Below, piece by piece: positions 9,201 to 16,907 of a DNA stretch of 64,000 nt. Within the stretch, counting starts at the first letter, position 1. Each line of letters starts with the position of its first letter. The notes beneath the pieces were generated by a model, which saw only the letters and a program-made list of their open reading frames with translations, was not told the origin of the DNA and searched no databases. Source of the stretch: an uncultured Chloroflexia bacterium (GTDB lineage Bacteria; Chloroflexota; Dehalococcoidia; DSTF01; JALHUB01); assembly GCA_963703345.1 (NCBI GenBank), contig OY969814.1, positions 416,001 through 480,000 of the forward strand, given 5' to 3'. A program made the translations under genes and the position numbers.

Positions 9201-11019
9201 TCGCGAGGATTCCCGGCGGTGGGTCCAGAAATATCTTCATTTTCTCTGAACCGCCCGCACCCGATGACGCCATGGGCACAACGCCCTTCTTCTCGTCAAA
9301 CAGGAAGATGGAGATGTTATTGCCCACAGTCAGATCGAGGGCCGTCTCACACACCTTGACGCATGCCTGGCGGAGGCTGAGCGTGGAGGAGGCGGCGGCC
9401 AGCATTCTCGCCAGTGCGTCGCTGCGTTGTCGCTGCTTTTGTTCCCGCTCATACAGGCGCGCGTTCTCGATGATGACCGCCGCCTGTTTGGCAATGGCCG
9501 CCAGGGTACCAATCTCCTCCAGGGAGAACTTTCGCTTTTCCCTGGCTGCCGCCACGCAGAGGAAACCGATCATCTTGCCCTTTGCTCTGAGGGGATAGTA
9601 CGCGATCGACTTCAAGTGGAAGCTCTTCATCCACCATGAGTCCGAGTGGGGTGAGGTTGCCACATCCTCTACGATATAGGGTTTCCGCCGTTTGGCCAGC
9701 ATACGGTCGAAGAGCAATAGCCCTGGGCTCGATTGGACCTCCGGCGGGGGATTGCGGAACGACTCCCGTTCTTCTCGGCCGCCTTTGCCGAGCGCGCTGA
9801 CGGGCATGTAGCTCCGGCTGTCTTCCCGCTGGAGGAAGATAGAGACGGTGTCGCCTACGGTCAGGTCGAGCGTTGCCTCACAAACCTTGGCGCACACCTG
9901 GCGGAGGCTGAGCGTGGAGGAGGCAGCGGCCAGCATTCTTGCCAGTGTGTCGCTGCGCTGTCGCTGCCGCTGTTCCCGTTCGTAGAGGCGCGTGTTCTCG
10001 ATGAGCACAGCTGCCTGCTTGGCAACGGCCGTCAGTGTGACCACTTCCTCCGGAGGAAACGACACGTAGTCGTCGTAGCTGTAGACGACCATCAAGCCCA
10101 CGGCCTTACGACGGCAAGCCAGCGGATAGCCCGCGGCCGACTTCACTTTGAAGTGCTTCAGCCACCTTTCCGGGACGAAGCCCGGGCGCGTCACGCGCTC
10201 CTCGATGATCGGGCGGAGGTTGCCGTCGTTGAGGGCGGCAAGGAAGGTCGTCGGGTCAAGGTCCGCCAGCAGCAGCTCCTGGCCAGCGTTCCAACGAAGT
10301 GGGCGGTCGCTGCCCTGGGCCATGACCGCTTCGACTGCCTGGTGGTTCTCGTTTAGCACGAATATGGCGCAGCGCTGCCCAACGCTAAGCTTCAGGACGG
10401 CGCGGGATAGCTTGGTCAGCAGCGTCTTCAGGGAAAGGCCCGGGCGCGGCGTTCCGATGATATTAACCATCGTGTCGGAGCGCTTTCGGGCGCTGCGCTC
10501 GCTCTCGAGAAGCGCCTCCGTTTGGATTCCTATCGTCGCGTAGCTTGCGAAGAGACCTGCCAGCCGCAACTCCCGCCGCGTGAGCCTGTGGTCCCTTTTG
10601 TAACCCACGGCGAAGCAGCCAACGATAGACCTTCCGTTCTTCAACGGCACCAGCAGAAGGCCCTTAAGCGGAACGGCCGGCGCCAGCTCTTCAAGGTAGG
10701 CGCGGTCGGTGACGATGTGAGGATGGCCTTTTGTGAATACCGAGCCGAAGGGGCCATCGCCGGCGCGGACCTTCCATCTAGCCACGCAGTCACCGGGCAG
10801 GCCGACGTGGCTCCGTATCGTAAGGAAACCCTCTTCGTCCACCAGCGAGATGGCGGCGATATCGCCCTTGAGGATTTCGCAGGCCAGTCTGGCCGCCGCG
10901 TCGAGCGTCTCCTGCGGGTTCACGGAGTAATTTGAGCGCGCCGCACGGCGTGCCGGTCGCGGCTTCTCTGCGAGCGTTCGCAGTCGTTTCTTCTTGGCTG
11001 GGCTCGTAGGTACGGACAT
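6214..11019 (-). CDS. Multi-GAF (7x) diguanylate cyclase / HD-GYP phosphodiesterase
   Basis: Repeated GAF units ending AKQAAVIIENARLYE; TDHLTGLFN, RGTD..RYGGDEF; HDVGK, HHERIDGKGYP. Confidence 0.93.
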   Translation of the reverse strand: MSVPTSPAKKKRLRTLAEKPRPARRAARSNYSVNPQETLDAAARLACEILKGDIAAISLVDEEGFLTIRSHVGLPGDCVARWKVRAGDGPFGSVFTKGHPHIVTDRAYLEELAPAVPLKGLLLVPLKNGRSIVGCFAVGYKRDHRLTRRELRLAGLFASYATIGIQTEALLESERSARKRSDTMVNIIGTPRPGLSLKTLLTKLSRAVLKLSVGQRCAIFVLNENHQAVEAVMAQGSDRPLRWNAGQELLLADLDPTTFLAALNDGNLRPIIEERVTRPGFVPERWLKHFKVKSAAGYPLACRRKAVGLMVVYSYDDYVSFPPEEVVTLTAVAKQAAVLIENTRLYEREQRQRQRSDTLARMLAAASSTLSLRQVCAKVCEATLDLTVGDTVSIFLQREDSRSYMPVSALGKGGREERESFRNPPPEVQSSPGLLLFDRMLAKRRKPYIVEDVATSPHSDSWWMKSFHLKSIAYYPLRAKGKMIGFLCVAAAREKRKFSLEEIGTLAAIAKQAAVIIENARLYEREQKQRQRSDALARMLAAASSTLSLRQACVKVCETALDLTVGNNISIFLFDEKKGVVPMASSGAGGSEKMKIFLDPPPGILASSDMRLFSRALAKRRTPVVVEDVAASPYTIKWWVDSFKLKSLAYYPLRVKGRVIGFICAAAMGEERKFPQAEIEMLTAVAKQAAVLIENTRLYEREQRQRQRSETLTKVLAAASSSLGVNETCTKICEATFELTVGDNVSIFLFDRDRPVATVNHGDPEAAERFLNPPLEVMASPEARRCNQLLARRRKPVIVEDVSSSPYLHRWWAESFDVKTIVYYPLNVKGRTIGMMMVGAMGSERKFPKDEVETLTAIARQAAVIIENVRLYEQQQQQQQRAEALVNVLTAAASTLSLKPVLAKLCQSVVDISVADRVSIFLMAEDGSHLEPVMSLGLEDPELWKRFRNPRPGFEFAPESMKLFQSVMTMEEPIVWDDASLSPVLEKWWLDTFDIKSIAQYPLRVKDQTIGMMTVDAFRHQVHFPKGEIDTLAAIAKQAAVVIENARVYEREQEQRRRSEALVDVLTTAASNLGLNKVLVKICQTAVDMSVADRCSIFMMDENGRLAPKMSLGVEDPEAWERFRNSQALAGAAATSADLRQFYGRLSEMEEPLIIEDALTSSLVPKWWLDAFQVKSIVHYPLRIKDRTIGLMSVDAFRQKVQFPKEETETLAAIARQAAVVIENARLHEQLQEQAITDHLTGLFNHRHIHKRLEEEFARAERSSSVFAVMMTDVDKFKDINDTYGHLHGDEALRFISKRLRETVRGTDIVGRYGGDEFLVVLPDTMREAAEEVAHRITTNLSDTPFVIGDSETSSVTIGMSIGIACYPHDSTRLDELIMLADGALYDAKRLGGSRAMAASAFGATPSQSLGFGLLQGLLNAIAHKDPYTRRHCEDNVRYVDMVAGTLNLNAEDTESLRKAALLHDVGKIAIPDQTLLKPGPLDSAEWQVMQQHVRFGEMIVRGIAQISDAIEPVATHHERIDGKGYPRGLKGDEIPLLGRILAVVDAYSAMTLDRPYRKALSQKEAIKELRNGAGTQFDPGIVDAFLKNLRVMHKPQKKAA

Positions 11020-11090
11020 ATCTACCGGAATTATCGGTAGCGGTCGGCAGAGGCTGAGGGTGTGGACGCGCTAGAAGGGGAGAAATGTTT

Positions 11091-11513
11091 TCAATCTATG
11101 AGATGAAGCTCTTCTTCGACGACGGTGCCGCCGTCCAGGCAAAAAGCCCTGACGCATGGAGGAGTCTCCGCCAGCGAGACGATGACGTGGACGACGCCCG
11201 GCCAGAGGTCAACCGCTCCGTCCGGCGCGCGCGACATGGCAACGTCGCTCCGCGAGGGGCGGGCTTCACCGGCCGGATGAGAATGGTAGATTGCCAGGAA
11301 CTGCCAGCCCGCGGCCTCGGCTTCGGCGTGGATCCGGCAACGATCGCCGTCGTCGATGGCGAAGCGATAGGGGCTGTGTTCGGCGTTGACGGCGCGGTAG
11401 AGCTTGCGGACTTTGCCGTCCTTTCCCGCGAGGATACCGCAGCACTCGTTCGGCGCTTCCTCGCGGGCATGAGCGACGATCTCTTCGACGTGGCGCCGAG
11501 GGAGATCGAACAC
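11091..11513 (-). CDS. mec: JAB/MPN (M67) metallopeptidase, Mec-like CysO-cysteine peptidase
   Basis: PNECCG and YHSHP...PSRSD JAMM motif; adjacent to cysM and cysO. Confidence 0.85.
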   Translation of the reverse strand: MFDLPRRHVEEIVAHAREEAPNECCGILAGKDGKVRKLYRAVNAEHSPYRFAIDDGDRCRIHAEAEAAGWQFLAIYHSHPAGEARPSRSDVAMSRAPDGAVDLWPGVVHVIVSLAETPPCVRAFCLDGGTVVEEELHLID

Positions 11514-11521
11514 GTGGCGGC

Positions 11522-12427
11522 CTAGCCGGCGCCCTCTTGCTTGGCGCTCCAGAGGCCTGTGGAGAGATACTTCCAGCCGCCGTCACCGACGAGGAGGACG
11601 AAATTGCCGCGCTCGAACCCGTCGGTGAAGGTGCGCGCTGCCTGAAGGACGGCGCCGGCGGAGACGCCTGCAAAGATGCCTTCGCGATCGGCCAGCTCGC
11701 GTGTCGCCGCGAAGGCGTCTCCGGCGCTGATGATCGCGTGCTCGTCCACAATTGTCTCGTCGAATACACCTGGCAAGAAGCCTTGCATCGTGTGCAGGCC
11801 TTCGATTAGCTCGCCAGGCTTCGGCTCAACACAGACAATCTTCACCTGCGGACGGCGCTCCTTGAGGTAGCGGCCGACGCCGGCAAGCGTGCCGCCGGTG
11901 CCGGCCCCGGCGATGAAGGCGTCGACCTCCGGCAGGTCGCGAAGGATCTCCGGTCCCGTTGTGTCGTAGTGGGCCCGGGGGTTGTCGGCATTGTCGAACT
12001 GGCATGTCAGGAAGTAGCTGCGGTCATCGCTTGCCATGCGATTTGCCAGCTCTATGGCCCCGTCCGTGTATTTTGCGCCGTCGGTGAGAATGACGTCCGC
12101 CCCGAAGGCGCGCATCACCAGCGTGCGCTCGATGCTGACGTTATCCGGCATAACCACTTTGATAGGATAGCCCTTGATCCGCGCGATCATCGCCAGCGAA
12201 ACACCGGTGTTACCGCTTGTCGCCTCGATGATCGTCATCCCCGGTCGCAACTCTCCCCGCTCTTCCGCGCGCTCTACCATATACAGAGCGATGCGGTCCT
12301 TCAAACTCCCGCCCGGGTTCTGCCCTTCCAGTTTGGCGAAAAGGCGGATTCCCGGCCGTGGGCTCAGGGACGGCATCTCTACCAGGGGCGTATTGCCGAT
12401 GAGGTCGATGAGACGGTTGTAGAGCAT
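11522..12427 (-). CDS. cysM: PLP-dependent cysteine synthase, CysM type (alternative start 12484)
   Basis: IGNTPLV, NPGGSLKDR, EATSGNTG, GTGGT, GWKYLSTG. Confidence 0.88.
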   Translation of the reverse strand: MLYNRLIDLIGNTPLVEMPSLSPRPGIRLFAKLEGQNPGGSLKDRIALYMVERAEERGELRPGMTIIEATSGNTGVSLAMIARIKGYPIKVVMPDNVSIERTLVMRAFGADVILTDGAKYTDGAIELANRMASDDRSYFLTCQFDNADNPRAHYDTTGPEILRDLPEVDAFIAGAGTGGTLAGVGRYLKERRPQVKIVCVEPKPGELIEGLHTMQGFLPGVFDETIVDEHAIISAGDAFAATRELADREGIFAGVSAGAVLQAARTFTDGFERGNFVLLVGDGGWKYLSTGLWSAKQEGAG

Positions 12428-12556
12428 CGCAGTCACTTCTTCGCGGCGGCGGCGCAGAACGCGTCGCAGCTCATCAAGCTCCATACTGGAAAACGGCGGA
12501 AGCGGTGGCTCGTAGCGCGACCTAGCACGATTGGCTCCGCGGCTCGAAAGGGTTTG

Positions 12557-12832
12557 CTATCCGCCGGCCGTGGCGGGAATTATCGCCACCTCGTCGCCGT
12601 CCTTGAGCTCTGTGTCCATGCCGTCCCTTGAGCTTATCTCCTGGCCGTTCACGTAAACCTTGATATGCGGCGGTATCCCGCCTTGCTCGTCGAGCAGTAT
12701 ACTACTGAGTCCGGGAAACTGCGTGTCCAGGTCGGCAAGCAAAAGGCCGATCGTGACGCCGCTCCCCCTCACGCGCGGCCGGTTGCCGGTGAGTCGCCGG
12801 AAGGGCGCCGGAATGCGAACCTCGACTGCCAT
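12557..12832 (-). CDS. cysO: MoaD/ThiS-family sulfur carrier (CysO-like)
   Basis: 91 aa beta-grasp pattern, C-terminal IIPATAGG; GGGAG RBS. Confidence 0.85.
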   Translation of the reverse strand: MAVEVRIPAPFRRLTGNRPRVRGSGVTIGLLLADLDTQFPGLSSILLDEQGGIPPHIKVYVNGQEISSRDGMDTELKDGDEVAIIPATAGG

Positions 12833-13010
12833 AGCATCTCCCTATCGATCAACGACGAAAACGGCGGCTTGTTGCGACCGGTCGGCGCCGGGCGACAGCA
12901 TAGGATGTGAGAAGCTCCACCTAATTCTACCAGCAATCGCTTCCGCAGTCTTGAGGCCGGCGACGACAGGATTGCGCACGATCTGCCGATTATCTGCTTG
13001 GAGGCAAGAG

Positions 13011-13208
13011 ATGGTGAGCAGCAAAGGGCAAGAGCAGGAAGCGCTCCTCGCGTGCATGCTGGACGGCGACGACGGCGCCTGGCTGCGACCACTGCTGGCG
13101 GGAACGCGCGAGAGGACGCTTTCGCAGCCCGATTCGCTGGCGGTGGACCGCATCCGCGAGGCCGTCCTGAGCCGGATAGAGCGTGGAGCCGTCCCGCTCG
13201 TTGCCTAG
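13011..13208 (+). CDS. Small hypothetical protein (65 aa)
   Basis: GGAGG at 13000-13004 before ATG; fills the intergenic gap; sigma-28-like motif upstream. Confidence 0.6.
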   Translation: MVSSKGQEQEALLACMLDGDDGAWLRPLLAGTRERTLSQPDSLAVDRIREAVLSRIERGAVPLVA

Positions 13209-13303
13209 CGGCTCGCCGTCGCCTGCCTCCGACCCTCGCCTGGTATCGTTCCGCTCTCCCTTCGTCTGAAACGCCCGCAATCCCAAGGCGACTGATCACG
13301 TCC

Positions 13304-13333
13304 TTGTCGACGCCTCAGCGCGGCTGCTAGAAT
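13304..13333 (+). promoter_or_regulatory. Sigma70-type promoter, probably giving a leaderless folP mRNA
   Basis: TTGTCG-18-TAGAAT with extended TG; 6 nt to ATG 13340; no SD. Confidence 0.55.
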
Positions 13334-13339
13334 CGCCCC

Positions 13340-14200
13340 ATGACGGCGATTCCGACGGCACCTCTGCCCCTGACCATCGGCGGTCGCGGGTTCGCCTGGG
13401 GAAGCCGCACCTTCCTCATGGGCATCGTCAACGTTACGCCCGACTCCTTCTCCGGCGATGGCCTGGGGACGGACGCTAACGCCGCGGTCGCGCTGGGCCT
13501 GCGCCTGGAAGCGGAGGGCGCCGACGTAATCGACGTCGGCGGCGAGTTGACGCGGCCGGACGCGACGCCGGTTAGCGCCGAGGAGGAGCTGCGTCGCGTC
13601 CTCCCCGTTGTCGGGAGGCTGGCGAAGGAAGCAACCGTACCGGTGAGCATCGACACGTCGAAAGCGGAGGTCGCCGCGGCGGCCCTGGAAGCGGGCGCGG
13701 CCATGGTGAACGACGTCTGGGGCCTGCGCCGCGACCCCGACATGGCCGCCGTCGTCTCCCGCTTCGGAGTGCCAGCGGTCGTGATGCATAATCAGCGCGG
13801 TCGCTCTTTCCACGATGTCATCGGCGATATCAGGGCAGGGCTGGAGACCAGCATCGCGCTGGCCGAAGCGGCGGGAGTGCCGCGCGAACGTCTGATCCTC
13901 GATCCCGGCTTCGGCTTCGGCTGGAGCGTCGGCCACAACCTGGAGATACTGCGCCGCCTGCAGGAGCTGCGCTCGCTCGGACGGCCGCTGCTCGTCGGCA
14001 CCTCCCGCAAGTCGACGATCGGCGCCGTGCTCGACCTTCCCGCGGACGAGCGCCTTCTCGGCACGGCAGCCAGCGTCGCCATTGCCATCGCCAAGGGTGC
14101 CGACATCGTCCGCGTCCACGACGTGAAGGAGATGCTTCAGGTCTGCCGCCTGGCCGACGCCGTCGTACGCGGCTGGACGCCGTTGGAGGAAGCGCAATGA
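13340..14200 (+). CDS. folP: Dihydropteroate synthase
   Basis: MGIVNVTPDSFSGDG, SIDTSK, DPGFGFG, GTSRKS, IVRVHDV. Confidence 0.96.
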   Translation: MTAIPTAPLPLTIGGRGFAWGSRTFLMGIVNVTPDSFSGDGLGTDANAAVALGLRLEAEGADVIDVGGELTRPDATPVSAEEELRRVLPVVGRLAKEATVPVSIDTSKAEVAAAALEAGAAMVNDVWGLRRDPDMAAVVSRFGVPAVVMHNQRGRSFHDVIGDIRAGLETSIALAEAAGVPRERLILDPGFGFGWSVGHNLEILRRLQELRSLGRPLLVGTSRKSTIGAVLDLPADERLLGTAASVAIAIAKGADIVRVHDVKEMLQVCRLADAVVRGWTPLEEAQ

Positions 14201-14751
14201 GCGACGGCGAGGGCGTGTATCTCGGTCTCGGCGCGAACCTGGGTAACCGGGCGGAGAACCTCCGCCTAGCGCTCCGCTACCTGTCGTCGCTGGCGCCCGC
14301 GCAGGAAGTCTCCTCGCTGTACGAGACCGTTCCCCTGGGCGACGCCGAACAGCCCGCATTCTACAACGCCGTCTGCCGTGTCGCGACGGGGCTGACGCCG
14401 CAAGCGCTGCTCCAGTACTTGAAAAGCGTCGAGTTTGAGATCGGCCGGCGGCCCGCACCGCGCTGGGCGCCGAGACCCATCGACCTGGACCTGCTGCTGT
14501 ACAGTCAGCGGATTATCGAGAAGCCCGAATTGACGGTCCCGCATCCGCGGCTGGCCGAGCGTGCATTCGTGCTCGTGCCGCTGGTGGAGATAGCGCCAGA
14601 CTTGCGACATCCCCTCCTCGGCCGCAGCATCTCCGAGATGGCGTCGTCGCTGCCGGCAGACGACCTTGCCGGCGTGCGCCGGCTGGAACCTTCAGGCTGG
14701 GAAAGAGCGCTGGAACGAGAAGGGCCGCCCGAGAAAGGCGGCCCCTGTTAG
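14197..14751 (+). CDS. folK: 2-amino-4-hydroxy-6-hydroxymethyldihydropteridine pyrophosphokinase
   Basis: YLGLGANLG, SSLYET, PRPIDLDLL, PHPRLAERAFVLVPL; ATGA overlap. Confidence 0.96.
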   Translation: MSDGEGVYLGLGANLGNRAENLRLALRYLSSLAPAQEVSSLYETVPLGDAEQPAFYNAVCRVATGLTPQALLQYLKSVEFEIGRRPAPRWAPRPIDLDLLLYSQRIIEKPELTVPHPRLAERAFVLVPLVEIAPDLRHPLLGRSISEMASSLPADDLAGVRRLEPSGWERALEREGPPEKGGPC

Positions 14752-14998
14752 CGAGTGGATGACCGAAGGTTAGGGGTTCGACGAACTCCTCCAACTCCGC
14801 GTTGTCCGGAAGCTCCGGCTCCGTCGTTAGCATCGTCCAGCCCACCCAGACGGCGAGCAGGTTGACGGCGCCGAGCGAGAACAGAAGGGGGATTGCCAAT
14901 GCCAGGTAGCTGCGCCGGACGACACCGATGACGAATACCATCATCTCCGTTACGGCCCCGAGGATGATTAGCAGCCCGAACATCTGTGACTTATCCAT
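14513..14998 (-). CDS. Small two-TM membrane protein with acidic tail; true stop probably at 14770 (1-nt slip)
   Basis: GGAGG RBS, two hydrophobic helices, then TTEPELPDNAELEEFVEP; the read-through part overlaps folK antisense. Confidence 0.65.
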   Translation of the reverse strand: MDKSQMFGLLIILGAVTEMMVFVIGVVRRSYLALAIPLLFSLGAVNLLAVWVGWTMLTTEPELPDNAELEEFVEPLTFGHPLANRGRLSRAALLVPALFPSLKVPAGARRQGRLPAATTPSRRCCGRGGDVASLALSPPAARARMHARPAADAGPSIRASR

Positions 14999-15037
14999 AG
15001 TTGCACTTACCTCCGCCAGCTCCCGTTTCCCCGGGCG

Positions 15038-15229
15038 CTAGCTTTCGCTCTTGCGCAGCTCCGGCGGGAGGAGATTGGGAATGCTTTCGCTTATCGGATA
15101 GCGCTCATCGCAGTGGGCGCAGTAGAGGCTGCCCTCGACCACCTCATCGCCCTCTTCTTGGTCGACCGTGAGCGCCAGGGTCCCCTTGCACATCGGGCAG
15201 GCAAGGATATCCATGAGGTCTTTTTTCAC
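15038..15229 (-). CDS. Trm112-like protein
   Basis: MKKDLMDILACPMCKG...LYCAHCDERYPISESIPNLL; AGGAG RBS at 15238-15242. Confidence 0.9.
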   Translation of the reverse strand: MKKDLMDILACPMCKGTLALTVDQEEGDEVVEGSLYCAHCDERYPISESIPNLLPPELRKSES

Positions 15230-15269
15230 GATAAGCACTCCTGGGCGAGACGTTCCGGAAAACAGAAGA

Positions 15270-15298
15270 ATTGTACGTTAAGGCGATCCTGCTGTCAA
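15270..15298 (-). promoter_or_regulatory. Near-consensus sigma70 promoter of the trm112-like operon
   Basis: TTGACA-17-TACAAT on the minus strand. Confidence 0.75.
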
Positions 15299-15318
15299 TT
15301 CTCGTGGCAATTAGGTAC

Positions 15319-15347
15319 TTGACACACCTGCCCATCTGTGCTATTCT
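15319..15347 (+). promoter_or_regulatory. Transposase promoter overlapping the left inverted repeat
   Basis: TTGACA-17-TATTCT with extended TG; GGAGG at 15362-15366. Confidence 0.7.
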
Positions 15348-15374
15348 CTAGGTAGATTCTTGGAGGTTAGCATC

Positions 15375-16355
15375 ATGGAAGGTAGCGAAGTCGGATTCCT
15401 CAAGGTTCTCCAGTGGAGCGAAGAACAGTGCCGCGAGTATCTGGAGCGGCAACGTTGGCCGGACGGCGCACACTGTCCGAAGTGTGGCGCGGCTGAGCCG
15501 TGGAAGATCACGCGCAAGACGGCGAGCAAGAACGCTGTCCGCTCGCTCTACCGCTGTCGCGCCTGTAAGCGGCAGTTCACGGCGACAGTCGGCACGATCT
15601 TCGAAGACTCCAAGATTCCCCTCAACAAGTGGTTTGCGGGCATATACCTGATGTGCTCCTCCAAGAAGGGCATCAGCGCCCATCAGTTGCACCGCGAACT
15701 AGAGATCACCTACAAGTCGGCGTGGTTCATGTGTCACCGCGTCCGCGAAGCGATGGGCGAGACTTATGATGCGCCCCTGAGCGGCACGGTTGAGGCCGAC
15801 GAAACCTACGTGGGTGCGCGGAGACGGCGCGGCCACAAGGTGATGCACGAGCGCATCAACGATGAGATTGAGATGGGCCTGCGACCACGGGCGCACCATG
15901 AGTTTAGCCACAAGGAAGTCGTGTTCGGCATACTGGAGAGGGGCGGAGGCGTTCGGACGTTCCATGTGACGGATGCGATAGCGCGAACTCTGAACCCCAT
16001 CCTCAAGGGCCACATGGACAAGGATGCGCGACTGATTACGGACGGCCATCCGGCCTACCGGATGATAAAGAACCACCTACAGCACGACGTGATTGACCAC
16101 GAAATCGAGTACGTGCGCGGGGACGTGCATACCCAAGGCATCGAGGGGTATTGGAGTATCCTCAAGCGCGGGCTCTATGGCGTCTTCCAGCACGTCGATG
16201 CGCGGTACTTGAGCGAGTACCTACGGGAGTTCGAGTTCCGCTTTAACCGTCGTGGGCTTCGCGATCAGGAGCGCTTTGCTCAGTTGCTGGCGCAGACTCA
16301 GGGGCGGGTTCAGTGGTATTGCCGGACGCCTCAGCCTCAGAATCCGTTCGCTTAG
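15375..16355 (+). CDS. IS1595-family DDE transposase
   Basis: CPKC/CRAC Zn ribbon, KKGISAHQL HTH, VEADETY, LITDG, TQGIEGYWSILKR, YLREFEFRFNRR. Confidence 0.96.
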   Translation: MEGSEVGFLKVLQWSEEQCREYLERQRWPDGAHCPKCGAAEPWKITRKTASKNAVRSLYRCRACKRQFTATVGTIFEDSKIPLNKWFAGIYLMCSSKKGISAHQLHRELEITYKSAWFMCHRVREAMGETYDAPLSGTVEADETYVGARRRRGHKVMHERINDEIEMGLRPRAHHEFSHKEVVFGILERGGGVRTFHVTDAIARTLNPILKGHMDKDARLITDGHPAYRMIKNHLQHDVIDHEIEYVRGDVHTQGIEGYWSILKRGLYGVFQHVDARYLSEYLREFEFRFNRRGLRDQERFAQLLAQTQGRVQWYCRTPQPQNPFA

Positions 16356-16437
16356 CTTGAGCGAGCCGCTTCATCGCCTCATCGAAGGGCATGTCGAGTC
16401 TAACGGTCGTGTCTTCGTGCTTGCGAGGCTTGTTCAC
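16243..16437 (-). CDS. Small IS passenger protein (64 aa), antisense overlap with transposase 3' end
   Basis: GTG start overlaps the HEPN stop (GTGA), with a GGAGG-like RBS upstream; LDMPFDEAMKRL amphipathic helix. Confidence 0.55.
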   Translation of the reverse strand: MNKPRKHEDTTVRLDMPFDEAMKRLAQAKRTDSEAEASGNTTEPAPESAPATEQSAPDREAHDG

Positions 16438-16904
16438 TGCCGCCTCCTATACGCCTGCAGGGAGCCTATATCAGGCACGAGGCTTCGAGCCTTTACCATC
16501 GCAGTCCTAGCCAGTCCAGACCATCCGCTTACCCGATAGTGCTGGAACAGTTGCCCCTTTATCTGCTCTCTGTCTGAATTGCGATAGTAGTCGGCCTGAT
16601 GCCTCATTGATCGGAGTTCGCCAAGTTCATCTGATAGGCGCTTGGCAAACCCAGCGCGCATCCCAGTATTCTGCTTTATGGCATTGGAGACGATCTCATG
16701 TTCTGAGGCGTGCTTATCGCCGCCTAGCGATTTGCGAACTGTCCGGGTTAATGCAGCGTGATCGTCACCGAACATTCGGTCACGCGCCATGAGATGACAC
16801 GCGTAATAGGCGCGGTTGATCGCAGTTCGGAGTTCGGCTTCGGTGGAACCCTCGGCAAGCCTCTCGCCGAGCGTCAGGCATTCCATTGGATCGAAGAGGG
16901 GCAT
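16434..16904 (-). CDS. HEPN domain protein (putative RNase toxin)
   Basis: RTAINRAYYACH, conserved H, LRSMRHQADY: pattern of the UPF0332-type HEPN group. Confidence 0.85.
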   Translation of the reverse strand: MPLFDPMECLTLGERLAEGSTEAELRTAINRAYYACHLMARDRMFGDDHAALTRTVRKSLGGDKHASEHEIVSNAIKQNTGMRAGFAKRLSDELGELRSMRHQADYYRNSDREQIKGQLFQHYRVSGWSGLARTAMVKARSLVPDIGSLQAYRRRQ

Positions 16905-16907
16905 TGG

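Noticed and set aside
12833-12930. SAM or other riboswitch upstream of cysO
   Set aside because: No recognisable conserved core; only an extended -10 (TGgTAGAAT) is seen
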